Positions 49,051 through 62,926 of a DNA stretch of 64,000 nucleotides are shown here, one piece after another (within the stretch, counting starts at the first letter, position 1; each line of letters begins with the position of its first letter). The stretch comes from Narcine bancroftii (Eukaryota). The position numbers were made by a program, and so were the translations under genes. The stretch spans positions 12,586,001 through 12,650,000 of the forward strand of contig NC_091476.1 of the NCBI RefSeq assembly GCF_036971445.1. Reading direction: 5' to 3'. Below the pieces are notes generated by a model, which was not told where the DNA came from, did no database searches, and was given only the letters and a program-made list of their open reading frames with translations.

Positions 49051-51390
49051 TCCTATTGACCTGCTATTGCTGGAAACTTGGCCGTTTATGGAGGGGTTTT
49101 TTTTCTCCGAAGAAGGAGGGAGGGGAGAAAAAACCCCCAACTTACTGTCAACAGATTCCCACAAATCACCCTGTAATTTCTAAGCCACACCCTGTTTGTA
49201 TCTCATCTGCTCCTTTCATGGGAAGTATTTACCCGTCACGCCGCTTCTCGTTAACTTGCCATTTGGTTCTTATTTTGCCAAATATGTTGAAAGGTATGTC
49301 GCACTTTCCCTTGGCTGTTTTGCAACGATTTTGCATAAACTGATGTTCGGAAATGATTTGGCTTCGAACGTTAAGCTTCAGTTTATTTTAAAATTGAGAC
49401 ATTTCGAGGAAAAGATCTGATTGGATGTACATTTTCAAATTCTCTGTTCATGCGGCAGGTCACTATTTTTTTTAAAAAAAACGTGGTTTCTTCTATTTAG
49501 TTGGACTTGATCATGTTCCGAGTTGGACATGATGGTTGGAAGGTCTCCAGGGTTTGAAACTTTGTTGTAAAAGCTGTTGGCAAAGTATCTGTAATATTCG
49601 CTCAGTCCCAAACCACGATCCGTTGGGGTAAATATTTTAGTACATTATCTTTGAGAACTTTTTGAATGTTGTGTGGGTGCGGATGAACTGATGATATTGC
49701 TTCCAAGTTTGTTCATGATGTGTTCGTCATTGATAAAGATCAGTGTCTCTTGCACTGAATATTTCTATAGTGGTTCATTTAGAGATGAGTGAAATTAGAA
49801 GTCCCTCGTTAGCAAGAAAGTATAATCAACCAATATAATAGAGAACAATAATATACAATATATCAAGATGGACCTACATTAGTGTTTTTAATTTTGTTTA
49901 AAAAAAAAATCACAATTTTAAAATTCAATGTGGATATAAATTTCCAATGTATAGAGAGAACTATTAGCAGATTACGTGAATCTGTTGAGTTTTAGGATTC
50001 TATTTTATAAATATTTTGTAATTTGAGTATTATGACCAGAATGTTCTCGGGCAGCACTCCTTTAAAATTACGTCACCATCTTACTCCAAGCTGAACAGGA
50101 AGTGGTAGAAATAACGAGTTAAATTTGTCAGCCAATAAAAGTTAATCAGCTGGCAATTCCAGTGTCTGTCTTGTAACTCTAACGTCTGTGGTGCAGGTTA
50201 TAAATGTTTAAATACTGCTTTAAAGTTTAACTTGCACTGATTAATGAAATGGTCAGATCAGGGTAGAAGTTTCTTTGGTAAAGACATTTTAAAAGTCAGT
50301 ATAAAAATTCCATATTTGCCCTTTAGAGCAATGTGATGAAATGAGTTTTAACCCATTAAATAAAACCATTGATTTTCTGCATGTCTTGGAACTCTGAAAC
50401 TGCAATCCATAAAGTGGGTTTGCCAGCTGGAATGAAACATGGGGGAAAACCCTGGTATTTAGTCAAAGAGGAAGAAATGGGCATGATTTTTTTTACACAT
50501 GTTGGTGAAGATTCAAAACTGTACCTGAGGGAACAAGATGGGAGTTCAGGGTGTTGCTGCAAGGACAAGTGGGGATTGATTAAAAAAGCATTCTAAATTG
50601 GCAACTGATGTTTTGAAGAACACACACGTCCCATACTTGTGATAGCAACATTGAATGAAATGTAGCTAGTTGTGGATTCTGATAGGAGGTCTGTTGGTTC
50701 CACTGTAGCACATTCAATTTAAAATAGTCCAGTTAAGTTTCTTCTGTTAACTTTTCCAGCATCCTCCTGCAATGAAAATCCGAATATCATTCATTTACCT
50801 TCATTTGAACGATTGTTTTCTTTGCTCTTTGCCAGGCTGCTAAATGATTTGAAATGTATCTGGTCAGCTGCTCCTCGTCTGGAAGTTGCTCTTTGTTTAT
50901 CATTAGTTGGAATTATTCATGCACAAATTGAAAAGCCATTTTAGCATGTTTTATATCAACCTGTTTCAACAATGAATGTGAATCAATTCTCAAAAAATCA
51001 CTTTGAAATTTAACGTAGATGCGGTCCGAATATGATATGCCCTTCACTAGGATCACTGATGCAAGAAGATGTTGACCTAATTGTTCAAAGATATAAGCAA
51101 TCCCAACCCTTTTGTTCTATTCCCACCAGTGCTACAAACTTGTTGGATATTTCTTAACTGTTTCCAAGTACTGTTGTGTTTTGTTATTTGTCAGCATACT
51201 ACCCAATAGCTATCCATGCTTCTGGTACAATTTTTTGTCAAATCATGTCCAGTTTATTGAAATCTATTTGTTCAAGTACAACCTCACAAAACAATGTTCT
51301 CTGGTTCTTGGTGCAAGACACGTAGATATACAACCACACATAACTCACACACAGACAATACATATGCAGGGCAAGTATTTCATCTATACA

Positions 51391-52044
51391 AACAGGTGCA
51401 GCAGGCGGTGAGGAAGGCGAATGGTACGTTGGCATTCGTAGCAAAAGTTTTTGAGTACAGGAGTAGGGAGATCCTGCTACAGCTGTACAGGACCTTGGTG
51501 AGACCACACCTGGAGTACTGCTTGCAGTTTTGGCCTCCTTATCTGAGGAAGGATATCCTTGCCATGGAGGTGGTGCAGAGAAGGTTCACTAGACTGATAC
51601 CAGGGATGAAAGGACTTGCATATGAAAAAAGGTTAAATAGACTAGGCTTGTATTCTCTGGAATTTAGAAGATTGAGGGGGGGATCTTATAGAAACATAAA
51701 ATTCTTAAGGGTTTAGACAGACTAGATGCAGGAAGGTTGTTTTCAATGCTGGGAAAAACTAGAACCAGGCGGGTCACAGTTTAAGGATAAGGGGGAAGTT
51801 TATTTAGGATTGAAATGAGGAAAAATTTCTCAGAGTGGTGGATCTATGGAATTCTTTGCCACAGGAAGTAGTTGAGGTTGGTTCCTTGTCAGTATTTAAG
51901 AGTAGGTTAGATTTGGTCCTTGTGGCTAAGGGGATCAAGGGTTATGGGGAGAAGGCAGGAACTGGCTATGGATCAGCCATGATCATATTGAATGGTGGTG
52001 TAGGCTTGAAGGGCCAAATGGCCTACTCCTGCACCTATTCTGTT
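51391..52044 (+). mobile_element. CR1-type LINE 3' fragment
   Basis: QVQQAVRKANGTLAFV..LYRTLVRPHLEYCLQFWPPYLRKD..RRFTRLIPGM; possible TSD TCTATACA at 51383-51390 and 52045-52052. Confidence 0.9.
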
Positions 52045-52699
52045 TCTATACATGTTGGAAATTATAGATTCAAAATATATAAGAGAGTTACAGTACAGGA
52101 AGATAATTTGTCACCTTGTGTCCATGTTGGCTTCTATCACGAGTTCCACATCCTGGTCTTTTCTCCAAGGTTTTTAAAATTTTTCTTCATTTGTTTATCT
52201 AATTCCGTCTTGAAGGCTTCACTGCACTGTCCCTCCACTGCATCTGCAGGTGCTTCATTGCACTTCATTCCAAATTACAGCATGCACTGCTTTGAGGAAA
52301 AGTCTTGCGATATTCTTCCATGACCCTCAGCAAAAGAAAATAGTTTCTCATTATTCAGTCTGACCAGAATTCTCATCAATTTCTACATGTTTATCAAATA
52401 TTCCCTTTACTTTCTCTAAAGAAAATAGTCCTGGTTTTTGTAGTTTTGAACCTCATCGGACAAATTAACAAACTACAAATATTTAAGTAAAATTGTTTAA
52501 GCCATAATGAAACAATGTACAACTCCCAAGCAAAAGCCATGTTCAATTGTTCATTCTGTAAAAATTTGTTTTCATTGACTTTGTTTTGGTGCCTTCTGCT
52601 CCCTTCACATTTTGAAGTAGAAATGCAACCTAGGAATGTGCATTCTGGATTCATCAAAATAAAGATTAAAACTGGAAATTAGATTACGGTGGAAGCTAA

Positions 52700-53430
52700 A
52701 ATGTTAACCCTCAAAAACAAATTTTGGACTAAGTATTCTGGAATGCTGGCCACTGCCGATCACCGAAACGAACCCATTGCGACCGCTGATCACAGAGCAC
52801 CCAATCAATAGTGCCGATTTTCCCCAACGAACCTGCCGCTGATCACCAGGGAGGCTTCCTGGGTCGGTGGAACACTCACTGGCAAGTTGGCGGGCTTCTG
52901 CTTCCTGATCATGGAGTCCCGACCCCGAATCCTCCCCTAGGCTGACTGCATGTGCACGCCAGGAAAGTAGGACAAGGGGAGAATTTGATGTTGGCGTCAG
53001 TATCTGGTGTGCCAAGAAGGGACGGAAGAGGATAGGGAAGGGAGCACCAGTGGGCCCAAGGTCCATGCTCCTGCCTGGGAGTCTGCTCTTTTTGATGACG
53101 CAGGACAATGGATTCTTCCGACCGCTTGTGGCTGGGAGATAATAGCATGCAGTTTGAGAGGGAGAATTGGAGAGAAGTCAATGGGGGAAGGTTAAGAAGA
53201 AATGGAAAGGATGGGAGAGTGAGTTCCCTTAAACGAGGGCTAACGTCGTTCTAATTTCATGTCTGGTGAATTTCTTTCAACCTGTGAGGTCATTTCGGCT
53301 CTGAAAAATTTTGGATAAATGAGGATTTCTGATTTATTTCTGACAACCTTGTTTATATGAAATTTTTTTAAAAATCAGATAAATGAGGATTTTGGAGAAT
53401 CCAATTTTTGAATATCGGAGTTGTACTGTA
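52700..53430. mobile_element. Probable Tc1/mariner-type MITE remnant
   Basis: Right end AATATCGGAGTTGTACTG followed by TA, with subterminal GGATAAATGAGGATTT repeats; left TIR not clear. Confidence 0.4.
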
Positions 53431-53989
53431 ATTTATTGTAGTTTTGTCCCATCCCTTACATCTGTAGGGGCAATGGATTGGGAGTTGACCATTCACTCTG
53501 AATGTGCTTTGACCCCTTTTCCCCCAAATGTGCTCATCCATCAAAATAGTTAATGAAACATTTCAGTTGGCGTGCTCCGAGCCCGAGGGTGGCGATTCCA
53601 TATTGCCAGTCCTTGTTGCATGAAGCGCTTTTTAACAAAACTCACAATCAGCTTATTTATGAGCTGATGGTTGAAATGTGAAATTAGAACTTGTCGTCAA
53701 AACAGGCAGCATTGGCAGGAAATATAGAAATTTCAGGTCTGTAGCCTTCCATCAAAGCTAAAATATGAATTTAACAGGTTTTAAGTAGGGAGCTGAACAG
53801 GAAAGATGGGGAAGAGAGTTGGTGTGATTTTAAATGATCAACAGGATGAGGCTATCCTAAAAATTGACAGTGATCATGATCTGAATCCATTAGCATTCAT
53901 TAAATATTATCTGAGCCAACAAGTGATAAACTGATCATTGTGAAGAAATCTCTAAATGATGTTACTAGCTCTGGTTAAACAAGATTGAA

Positions 53990-54213
53990 TTTAATCTTGA
54001 GATTCAGGATGGTAACAGGCACTTTGGGCCCATGAGCCCACGACACCCAAATACACCCATTTAGTCTACCAACATTGTACGTCTTTGAAACCTGGTAGGA
54101 AACAAGCACCCAGGGGAAAACCCACACAGATAAGGGGAGAACTTACATGCTCCTTGCAGCTGGTGGCTGAATTGAACCTGTGTCACTGGCGCTGTAATAG
54201 GGTTGTGCTAACT
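53990..54213 (-). mobile_element. tRNA-type SINE
   Basis: Collinear with 21976-22200. Confidence 0.65.
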
Positions 54214-55299
54214 GTAAGTGCGGAGACATTGTTGGTCTTGCCCTCATCTCTTGGCTGTTGAAGTTTTGAATTTAATTGCATAAATGGGTTGAGAACATTC
54301 AACTTGGAACACAAGAATTCCAACAGTTATTCAAAGCTTCTTTTCACTGCATTTTTCAACTTCAGTCATCTTTGGTCAAAGGTCATGATCCAAGTTGCAC
54401 AAATACTGTATAAAAGCAATATTTGATATTTATTTAATGTTTATTAGTGGTGGTATCATGGTGGTGTTAATGCCAAACAGAATGTGTAACATATTTGGAG
54501 TTGTATAGTTTGTTTGAGAAAGATGTCATATACAGTGAAAAATCTATCTAGGCAGTTGAAATTTACAGTCAAGCCCTGGTATCTGGCACTTGTGGAGATT
54601 GATAGATGCCTGATAAATGTATTTTCTGGCATGTTTGTGTGGATTGGCACGCCAATTTTAATCTTGCATATTTTGTACGTTATTTTCCTTTTTTGCCGGT
54701 TGAATTCTAGATACCAGGGGTTTTACTGAAGAACAAAACTTGCCCTTTGATAACATTAAAACGTAATATAGTTCTGTGGACTTGTTAATGCTATATTTAG
54801 AATATTTCTTCTAAGCTTCTTTGATACTGCATTGAAATTCTGCAATTTCTCTCATTCTCATAATACTAACCTATGCTTACAAGGATAATTCCAGTCATCA
54901 AATTCCTGTTTGAGAAATTTTGTTTTATGGGAGAGTTAAATAAGTGATACTTCAAGCTTTATCAACACCTTGCTTTTACCTTCATGTACAAACTGTTTTT
55001 TGAACAGTAACACTATCACAGCCAAGTGCCCTTTGTTTTTAAACAAATAGTTTGATCACTCTGAGACTATTTTTAACTTTGTTTTGTAAAATAAAATTGG
55101 CTGAGTACAGACCAACATTTGTGACTTCATAACTCAGTAAAAGCAGCGTCATCACTCACTTGACATATTGAGGTGCTGCAGCTAATTGGTGTTATTTTTC
55201 TGATACATCCTTGCCCATTCATATGACTGGATCCGAATTATGCTGTGGTGTCGTTTTGTGAATGCTGTAGTCGATGGCTTTATCTGTTTTGAAAATTTA

Positions 55300-56390
55300 C
55301 ATGATCAAGCCTATTGATGGCATTAGCACCATCATTCCCTCAAAACTGATCAGCAAGCTCCAGGACTGGCCCTCAACACCCCATTGGGTCCAGGATTTTC
55401 TCGCCTCCAAATACCAACAGTGATTATTGACAAGAACATCTCCACAATCTTCATTGGTACTGGAGCACCACAGGGCTGCATTCTTTGCCCCCTGCTCTAC
55501 TTGTTTTACACCCAGAACTGTGTGACTCGGCATGACAAAACCAATTTCAAATTTGCTTGATGATACCATGGAAGTGGGTTGTATAAAATGGGGTGATGAG
55601 TCAGCATACAGGAGAGAGACTGGAAAAACTTGGCAGAATGGTGGACAATCAATACCCATACCCAAGGAACTGATTGTTGACTTCAGGAAGGGAGAATCAG
55701 AGGTACATGATCTAGTGATCATGGGGTGGGATCAGAGGTGGAGAGAGCAAGCAAATACAAGTTCCTGGGAGCCACTATCTCAGAGGATTTCTCCTGGATC
55801 CAACACATTGATGCCATTGTGAAGAAAGCACAGCAGGAGTTTGTGGAGGTTTGATATGACATTGGAAACCCTGGCAAATTTCTGCAGATTTGTGGTGTAA
55901 AGTGTTGCTGACTGGCTGCATCATTGTCTGGCCTGGGAACACCAATACTCCTGAGTGTAAAGCCCTGCAAAAGGTAGTGGACACTGCACAGGACGTGGCA
56001 GGCAAAACCCTCCGCACCTTCAAGAGCATTTACGGGGAATGCTGCTGAAGGAGCAGCAGCAGCAATCATCAAGAATTCGCTCCACTCAGCACATGCTCTG
56101 TTCTCACTGCTACCATCAGGAAAGAGATATAGGCAAGACTCACAGGTTCAGGAATAGCCTGCTATCCCTCCATCATCACACTGCTCAACAATAAACTCAA
56201 TCAGGGCCACTTTTGCACTTTGTTTTTCTTTCTATATTGCACAGTCAGTTGTTTGCATTTTTTACTTGTTGACATATATATGTTGTGTACATTTTGTTGC
56301 ACTACCAATTAGTGGTAATTCTGCCTTCCCTGCAGGAAAATAATCTGTTGTATATGATGTCATGGATGTACTCTAACAATAAATCTGAAA
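55300..56390 (+). mobile_element. Degraded Rex1/Babar-type LINE
   Basis: DDTMEVGCIKWGDESAYRRE and KELIVDFRKG; AATAAATCTGAA tail near 56380. Confidence 0.8.
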
Positions 56391-56782
56391 TATAGAATAC
56401 AACTTTCAAGACAAATGCCTTCAGTCATGTTCACAGATGCCAGCCCAGATAGTTTTGGCACTCTGAGTAAGGGGAAGTAGAGCCCAGCTTGGGCACTCAA
56501 ATCACCAATATTGTAGTTTGAAAATAAATTTATTTTGCATTCTATTTCAGCACATTGGTATCTTTCACCTTTGGGAATATTTCTCTTAAATACTCATTTT
56601 TATCCTTGCTGTTAAATTACTATTTTTGCAAGAAGTAGGCCATTCAGCCCATCGAGTCTGCTCTGCAACTCCACCCTGAGCTAAACTGTTCTCGTATCCA
56701 GTTCCAAATTTTCTCCAGGCTGCAGTTACACTTTATTTTTCCCCTTGGAATTTTGACTTCCATCATCACAAAAGAACTCTGA

Positions 56783-57080
56783 GGCAGCACAATGTTACAG
56801 ATAGAGCTGCTGTCTTGTCAGTCCGGTGACTTGGGTTCAGTCCTCTTGGGGTGGATTCTGCATGTTCCCCCAATGCTATATGTTATTCCTCTGGGTGCTC
56901 AGGTTTTCTTCCACCTTCCAAAAGAAATTAAGGTTGTTCAGTTAGTAAGCCACTGAAAATTGTCCTGAGTTGTTGGTAGGTAAGAGAATGTGAGGTAACT
57001 TGGTGGGGACAATAAATCTCAGATTGCTGAAGAAAAATGGGTGCTTGATGTGGTAGTTCAAATGGCCTGTTTTCCTGCTA
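56783..57080 (+). mobile_element. Degraded tRNA-type SINE
   Basis: GGCAGCACAATG..GACTTGGGTTCAGTCC..CTGGGTGCTCAGGTTTTCTTCCAC head and core. Confidence 0.55.
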
Positions 57081-58829
57081 CATCTATACACTTAGAATAA
57101 TTATTTTATCCTAATTGTTGATTTTGTGTGGGTCCAAACAAGTTAGATGTAATACATCAATGCAAGAAACCAACCAATTGATAAATGAAAAAAACTTCTG
57201 GGCTATAAATGCAAGTTTTAGTTTTTAAAATGTCATTTGTTATTTGCTTAATTGTATTAAATGTTCACTCTTTGATCATTAAATTATAACAGCTTTTTGT
57301 GCGAATTATTGTTTGTCAGAACAATTTTTGAAATTACTGGATGTCAAATATCTTTGTTTTGAAAGTTAATATTATGGATGTAGAACCCTGTTTAACAGGG
57401 TATTTCAAGGTATGTCATCAAGGTATTTCCGAGTCTTCCACATGAATGTGGATTGAAGTGGCCCTGATGATGAAACCTTTACCATTAACATTTCATGATA
57501 TAATGTGATAAAATCTATTTCCATCATCTTATAATGGCATAAAAAATTAGCTAATTAAAATGTAATCCAGTTTTAAGGGGCCCCATAATTATTCAAAACA
57601 AGTAAAAAATTTTGTTTGATTTGCCATTTCTCCCCATGGATGCTGTCTGTCCTGAGCTCCTCCAACAATTCTTTGTTTGCTTATTTTATTTTCCTTTGTT
57701 CACTTTGATGCAACCAAAAATGTATGTGAATCTCCGGCTGGGAAGAATCTGTATCTTTCCTGTGTCCTTGCATAAACATGTATTGTATCCCATCCTATAA
57801 GGCTGTAGCCAGGGACTGATACATGGGAGGACTAGTTTAGATAATGTTTTCTTGGCAGGTCTGGAGTAAGTTTTCTTGATTGGGATTTCCACTGTTTTAG
57901 CTTGTCAGCATTCCTTGGATGATCACTTAATTATGGTTTTTACACAGCTGCTGTGTTCTGTGAAATTATTCCCAAATTCCTGGAACGTAGTCTGTAAAAG
58001 GATTGGAATGGAAATGAGTGACTCATTCCCATTCTGAAATTTTATCTGCGGCACCCTTGACATTATTGCGGACTGCCTGCAGTCTAAACTGAAGGCAGTT
58101 TGCAATAATGGGCTAGTGAATAGGTCGCTGTGGAACTGTATGTTGCACATAGGTATACGTCACGGTTGACCCACAGGTCATTCCAGTGTGAATAGCCACT
58201 CCAGAAGGTAGGTGTGATAATTGTTGATCGGGAAAAAAAATCTGTCAGTAATATGTAAAAAAAAAAAAAAGAAATTGTGACTGAATCTAAAAGTCAAGTG
58301 GACTGCAAGGGACCAAGTAGGAAAATTTTTAAAAAGCTCTTTTGCTGGCTGCCATTTAAAAACTGGTCTGCACATGTTTTTACGACATGTCCATTGTATT
58401 TTTTTAATGAAATTTAATAAAGCAAATTGAATACTAAATTCGTGAATTGTGGAGATAATAGTTTAATTTTGGGTAAGGTATGATTTGCATTCCACTGTAT
58501 GTCAGCAATTGGAAAGCAGAAAAAAATTGAAGAACTGGGAAGAGGAATTAAAAAAATATATATTAAGTTCACTTGATGATAATTCAATTATGGTTGCCTA
58601 AAACAGTTCTTTATCTGAAAGCAATTGTTCATTTGGTACAAACCTGGAAGGAGATGGCAGTAATTTTTCCCGGTTTAAAGCAAATTTGAAAATATGGTTG
58701 AAGCTTCAAGTGACGACAGTGCGATGAACATGTGGTTTGAAATAGTTGTCTAGAACTATGAAGAAATACTTGATCTCAATGCAGAAGTCTAAGAATGTTT
58801 GGCATGTTGCCCATGTTCAAAGTTGAGCT

Positions 58830-60670
58830 TTATTATCAGAGTGCATGACAATGTATACATGAGATTCTTTTTCTTGAGGGCGAAGCAAATTGCGACTTGC
58901 TGGTTTTGTAAAAAACTACTCCAGAAGATATGTATACACAGATAAAATGTAAACAAATTGTAATACAGAGAGGAAAAAAAATCAACAAAGTGCAAAGTAA
59001 GAGTTCTTAAATGAATTGGAGTTTGGTGGTGGAGGGTAGCAGCTGTTGCTGAACCTGGTACCTATACCTCTGTGATGGGAGCAGTAGAAGAACAGAGCTG
59101 GATAATGTGGATCCTTGTTGATTAATGCTGCTCCCTGATGGCAGCATTCCATTGGATGTTCCAAACCACTTCTACAACTGTACCATCACAAACATTCTGT
59201 CTGAATGCTTCACAATGTGATGGGAAGCTGGCCTGTCCATGATCAAAGAAATTGCACAAGGGAGTTGTACTCACCCCTTGGAATACCACACAAACCTTCC
59301 TCACTCAATCAATTCCATCTGTATTTCCTGCTGCTTCGTGAAGGCTGCTAACATACTGAAGAAACTATCCTATTGTGGCTGCATCTTCTCCCAACTCCAT
59401 TCAGGAAGAAGATTCAAGAGTGAAATTATGTCAACATGTTAAAAGTTCATTTTCAAGCATGCCGCTTTTGTTATGTACGACTTCAGTTTTTCACTGTAAT
59501 ATTACACACTGAAATATACCCTTGATCTTCTACTTTGTACTGCTGTATCTATGTTAGATTTGAGTTCCTGGATTCCTTGCAGAATGAACCTCTATCACTC
59601 TTGTCTGATATAATATGGGAATGAACTTGAACCAATCTCTCTTTAATTTTATTTACATTCCAGTTTCTGAACCTTCAATACCAGGTATTTAAAAATCTGG
59701 AATGTTATTTCGGGATAGCTAATAAGAACAAGGTAAACGAATATTTGAAGACAAGATCTGTCCTGGTGCAAGTTCTTTTCAAGATCCGGTGAAAGAAATG
59801 AGGCTGATAAGAATGCAACATGATTATGGATACACAAACTGCACATGCTCGAATCCACCTGCACTTACACTTGGTATGGGGACACCAATACACCTGAGCG
59901 AAAAGCCCTGCAAAAGATCGTGGACACAGCCTAGAACATCACAAGCAAAACTCAACCCACCATCAAGAACATCTGTAGGGAGCAGGAGCAATCATCAAGG
60001 ACCCAAGTAATCCAGTATCCTCTCTGTTCAAGCCTTGCACCACCAGGTTGAGGAAAAGCTGATGCCCTTCCACCATCAGACGAGAAGGGTAAAGGGGCTT
60101 GATTTTGTGCTGTAATGTTCTATGGTTCCAACAAACTCAATCTTGGACACATCTAAATGAGGGAGGAACTTGGTCGGTCTTTTTAGTGTCTATAGGAGAT
60201 AAAAGGTGTATTGTTGACGTTTTGGGCCAGAGCCCTTTTTTTGAAGAATAAGCAGAATAAGCCAGAAGTCTCAGAATTCAAGCAATGAGGGAGGAATGCA
60301 GACCAACGAAAAGTGTTAATTGGATTTGATATGGAATGAGGTAAAAATTTCTGTGAAAAGATGCAGGGAATGGAGAGATGATGGGAGAAGAAGGGGGCGG
60401 GATTTAACGAAAGCCAGAGATGTCGATGTTAATGCCATCTGATTGGAAGGTGGTGTTGTTCCTCCAATTTACGGGTGGTCTCAGTCTGGCAAAGGAACTA
60501 AGGACTCTTAATTTTGCACTTTTCTCTCCATATTAGACAGTCAGTTTATTTACAGGTATACGTTCTGCAGTTTTTTGCATTGCCAAGAAGTGATAATTGT
60601 ACCTCGCCCACAGGAAACAGAACCTCAGGGTTGTATGTAATGCCATGTACGTACTTTACGAATAAATCTG
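58830..60670. mobile_element. Mosaic of short Rex1-like LINE fragments on both strands
   Basis: Segments 58830-59150 (-), 59860-60080 (+) and 60500-60670 (+) resemble the 3' end of 55300-56390. Confidence 0.5.
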
Positions 60671-60981
60671 AACTAGGGGCAATCTGGCATCAGTGCAGTC
60701 ATTTTATACTTTAATTGTTAAGTAGGTACTTATTTTTATGTATTTAAAGTCAAGCACATGGTGATTTGGTGTAATACTGTGCCCATTGTTAAATTTAGCC
60801 GTGCATTCATCCATTAGGTGTGCAGTGCTTTGGCTTTTACTCTTGCTGCCAGTTTGTCTTCAAAAATGATAAATACCAGTTGGTTCCATAGATGTTAAAA
60901 CTTAACAAAGACATGCATGCAATTTTACTGCTTGAATCTAGCTCTGTGAACTTTGGGACATGTCAGTTGTCCTGGGAAAGG

Positions 60982-62926
60982 ACTGAAAGTTTGTGGTGGG
61001 CCACGCACTGAAAGTTTGTGGTGGGCCACGCACTGAAAGTTTGTGGTGGGCCACGCACTGAAAGTTTGTGGTGGGCCACGCACTGAAAGTTTGTGGTGGG
61101 CCACGCACTGAAAGTTTGTGGTGGGCCACGCACTGAAAGTTTGTGGTGGGCCACGCACTGAAAGTTTGTGGTGGGCCACGCACTGAAAGTTTGTGGTGGG
61201 CCACGCACTGAAAGTTTGTGGTGGGCCACGCACTGAAAGTTTGTGGTGGGCCACGCACTGAAAGTTTGTGGTGGGCCACGCACTGAAAGTTTGTGGTGGG
61301 CCACGCACTGAAAGTTTGTGGTGGGCCACGCACTGAAAGTTTGTGGTGGGCCACGCACTGAAAGTTTGTGGTGGGCCACGCACTGAAAGTTTGTGGTGGG
61401 CCACGCACTGAAAGTTTGTGGTGGGCCACGCACTGAAAGTTTGTGGTGGGCCACGCACTGAAAGTTTGTGGTGGGCCACGCACTGAAAGTTTGTGGTGGG
61501 CCACGCACTGAAAGTTTGTGGTGGGCCACGCACTGAAAGTTTGTGGTGGGCCACGCACTGAAAGTTTGTGGTGGGCCACGCACTGAAAGTTTGTGGTGGG
61601 CCACGCACTGAAAGTTTGTGGTGGGCCACGCACTGAAAGTTTGTGGTGGGCCACGCACTGAAAGTTTGTGGTGGGCCACGCACTGAAAGTTTGTGGTGGG
61701 CCACGCACTGAAAGTTTGTGGTGGGCCACGCACTGAAAGTTTGTGGTGGGCCACGCACTGAAAGTTTGTGGTGGGCCACGCACTGAAAGTTTGTGGTGGG
61801 CCACGCACTGAAAGTTTGTGGTGGGCCACGCACTGAAAGTTTGTGGTGGGCCACGCACTGAAAGTTTGTGGTGGGCCACGCACTGAAAGTTTGTGGTGGG
61901 CCACGCACTGAAAGTTTGTGGTGGGCCACGCACTGAAAGTTTGTGGTGGGCCACGCACTGAAAGTTTGTGGTGGGCCACGCACTGAAAGTTTGTGGTGGG
62001 CCACGCACTGAAAGTTTGTGGTGGGCCACGCACTGAAAGTTTGTGGTGGGCCACGCACTGAAAGTTTGTGGTGGGCCACGCACTGAAAGTTTGTGGTGGG
62101 CCACGCACTGAAAGTTTGTGGTGGGCCACGCACTGAAAGTTTGTGGTGGGCCACGCACTGAAAGTTTGTGGTGGGCCACGCACTGAAAGTTTGTGGTGGG
62201 CCACGCACTGAAAGTTTGTGGTGGGCCACGCACTGAAAGTTTGTGGTGGGCCACGCACTGAAAGTTTGTGGTGGGCCACGCACTGAAAGTTTGTGGTGGG
62301 CCACGCACTGAAAGTTTGTGGTGGGCCACGCACTGAAAGTTTGTGGTGGGCCACGCACTGAAAGTTTGTGGTGGGCCACGCACTGAAAGTTTGTGGTGGG
62401 CCACGCACTGAAAGTTTGTGGTGGGCCACGCACTGAAAGTTTGTGGTGGGCCACGCACTGAAAGTTTGTGGTGGGCCACGCACTGAAAGTTTGTGGTGGG
62501 CCACGCACTGAAAGTTTGTGGTGGGCCACGCACTGAAAGTTTGTGGTGGGCCACGCACTGAAAGTTTGTGGTGGGCCACGCACTGAAAGTTTGTGGTGGG
62601 CCACGCACTGAAAGTTTGTGGTGGGCCACGCACTGAAAGTTTGTGGTGGGCCACGCACTGAAAGTTTGTGGTGGGCCACGCACTGAAAGTTTGTGGTGGG
62701 CCACGCACTGAAAGTTTGTGGTGGGCCACGCACTGAAAGTTTGTGGTGGGCCACGCACTGAAAGTTTGTGGTGGGCCACGCACTGAAAGTTTGTGGTGGG
62801 CCACGCACTGAAAGTTTGTGGTGGGCCACGCACTGAAAGTTTGTGGTGGGCCACGCACTGAAAGTTTGTGGTGGGCCACGCACTGAAAGTTTGTGGTGGG
62901 CCACGCACTGAAAGTTTGTGGTGGGC
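60982..62926 (+). repeat. 25-bp perfect minisatellite, about 77.8 copies (ACTGAAAGTTTGTGGTGGGCCACGC)
   Basis: 1945 bp; no variant unit and no spacers seen. Confidence 0.98.

Noticed and set aside
60982-62926. CRISPR array or telomeric repeat
   Set aside because: Head-to-tail units with no spacers, no cas genes, vertebrate context, and not TTAGGG.
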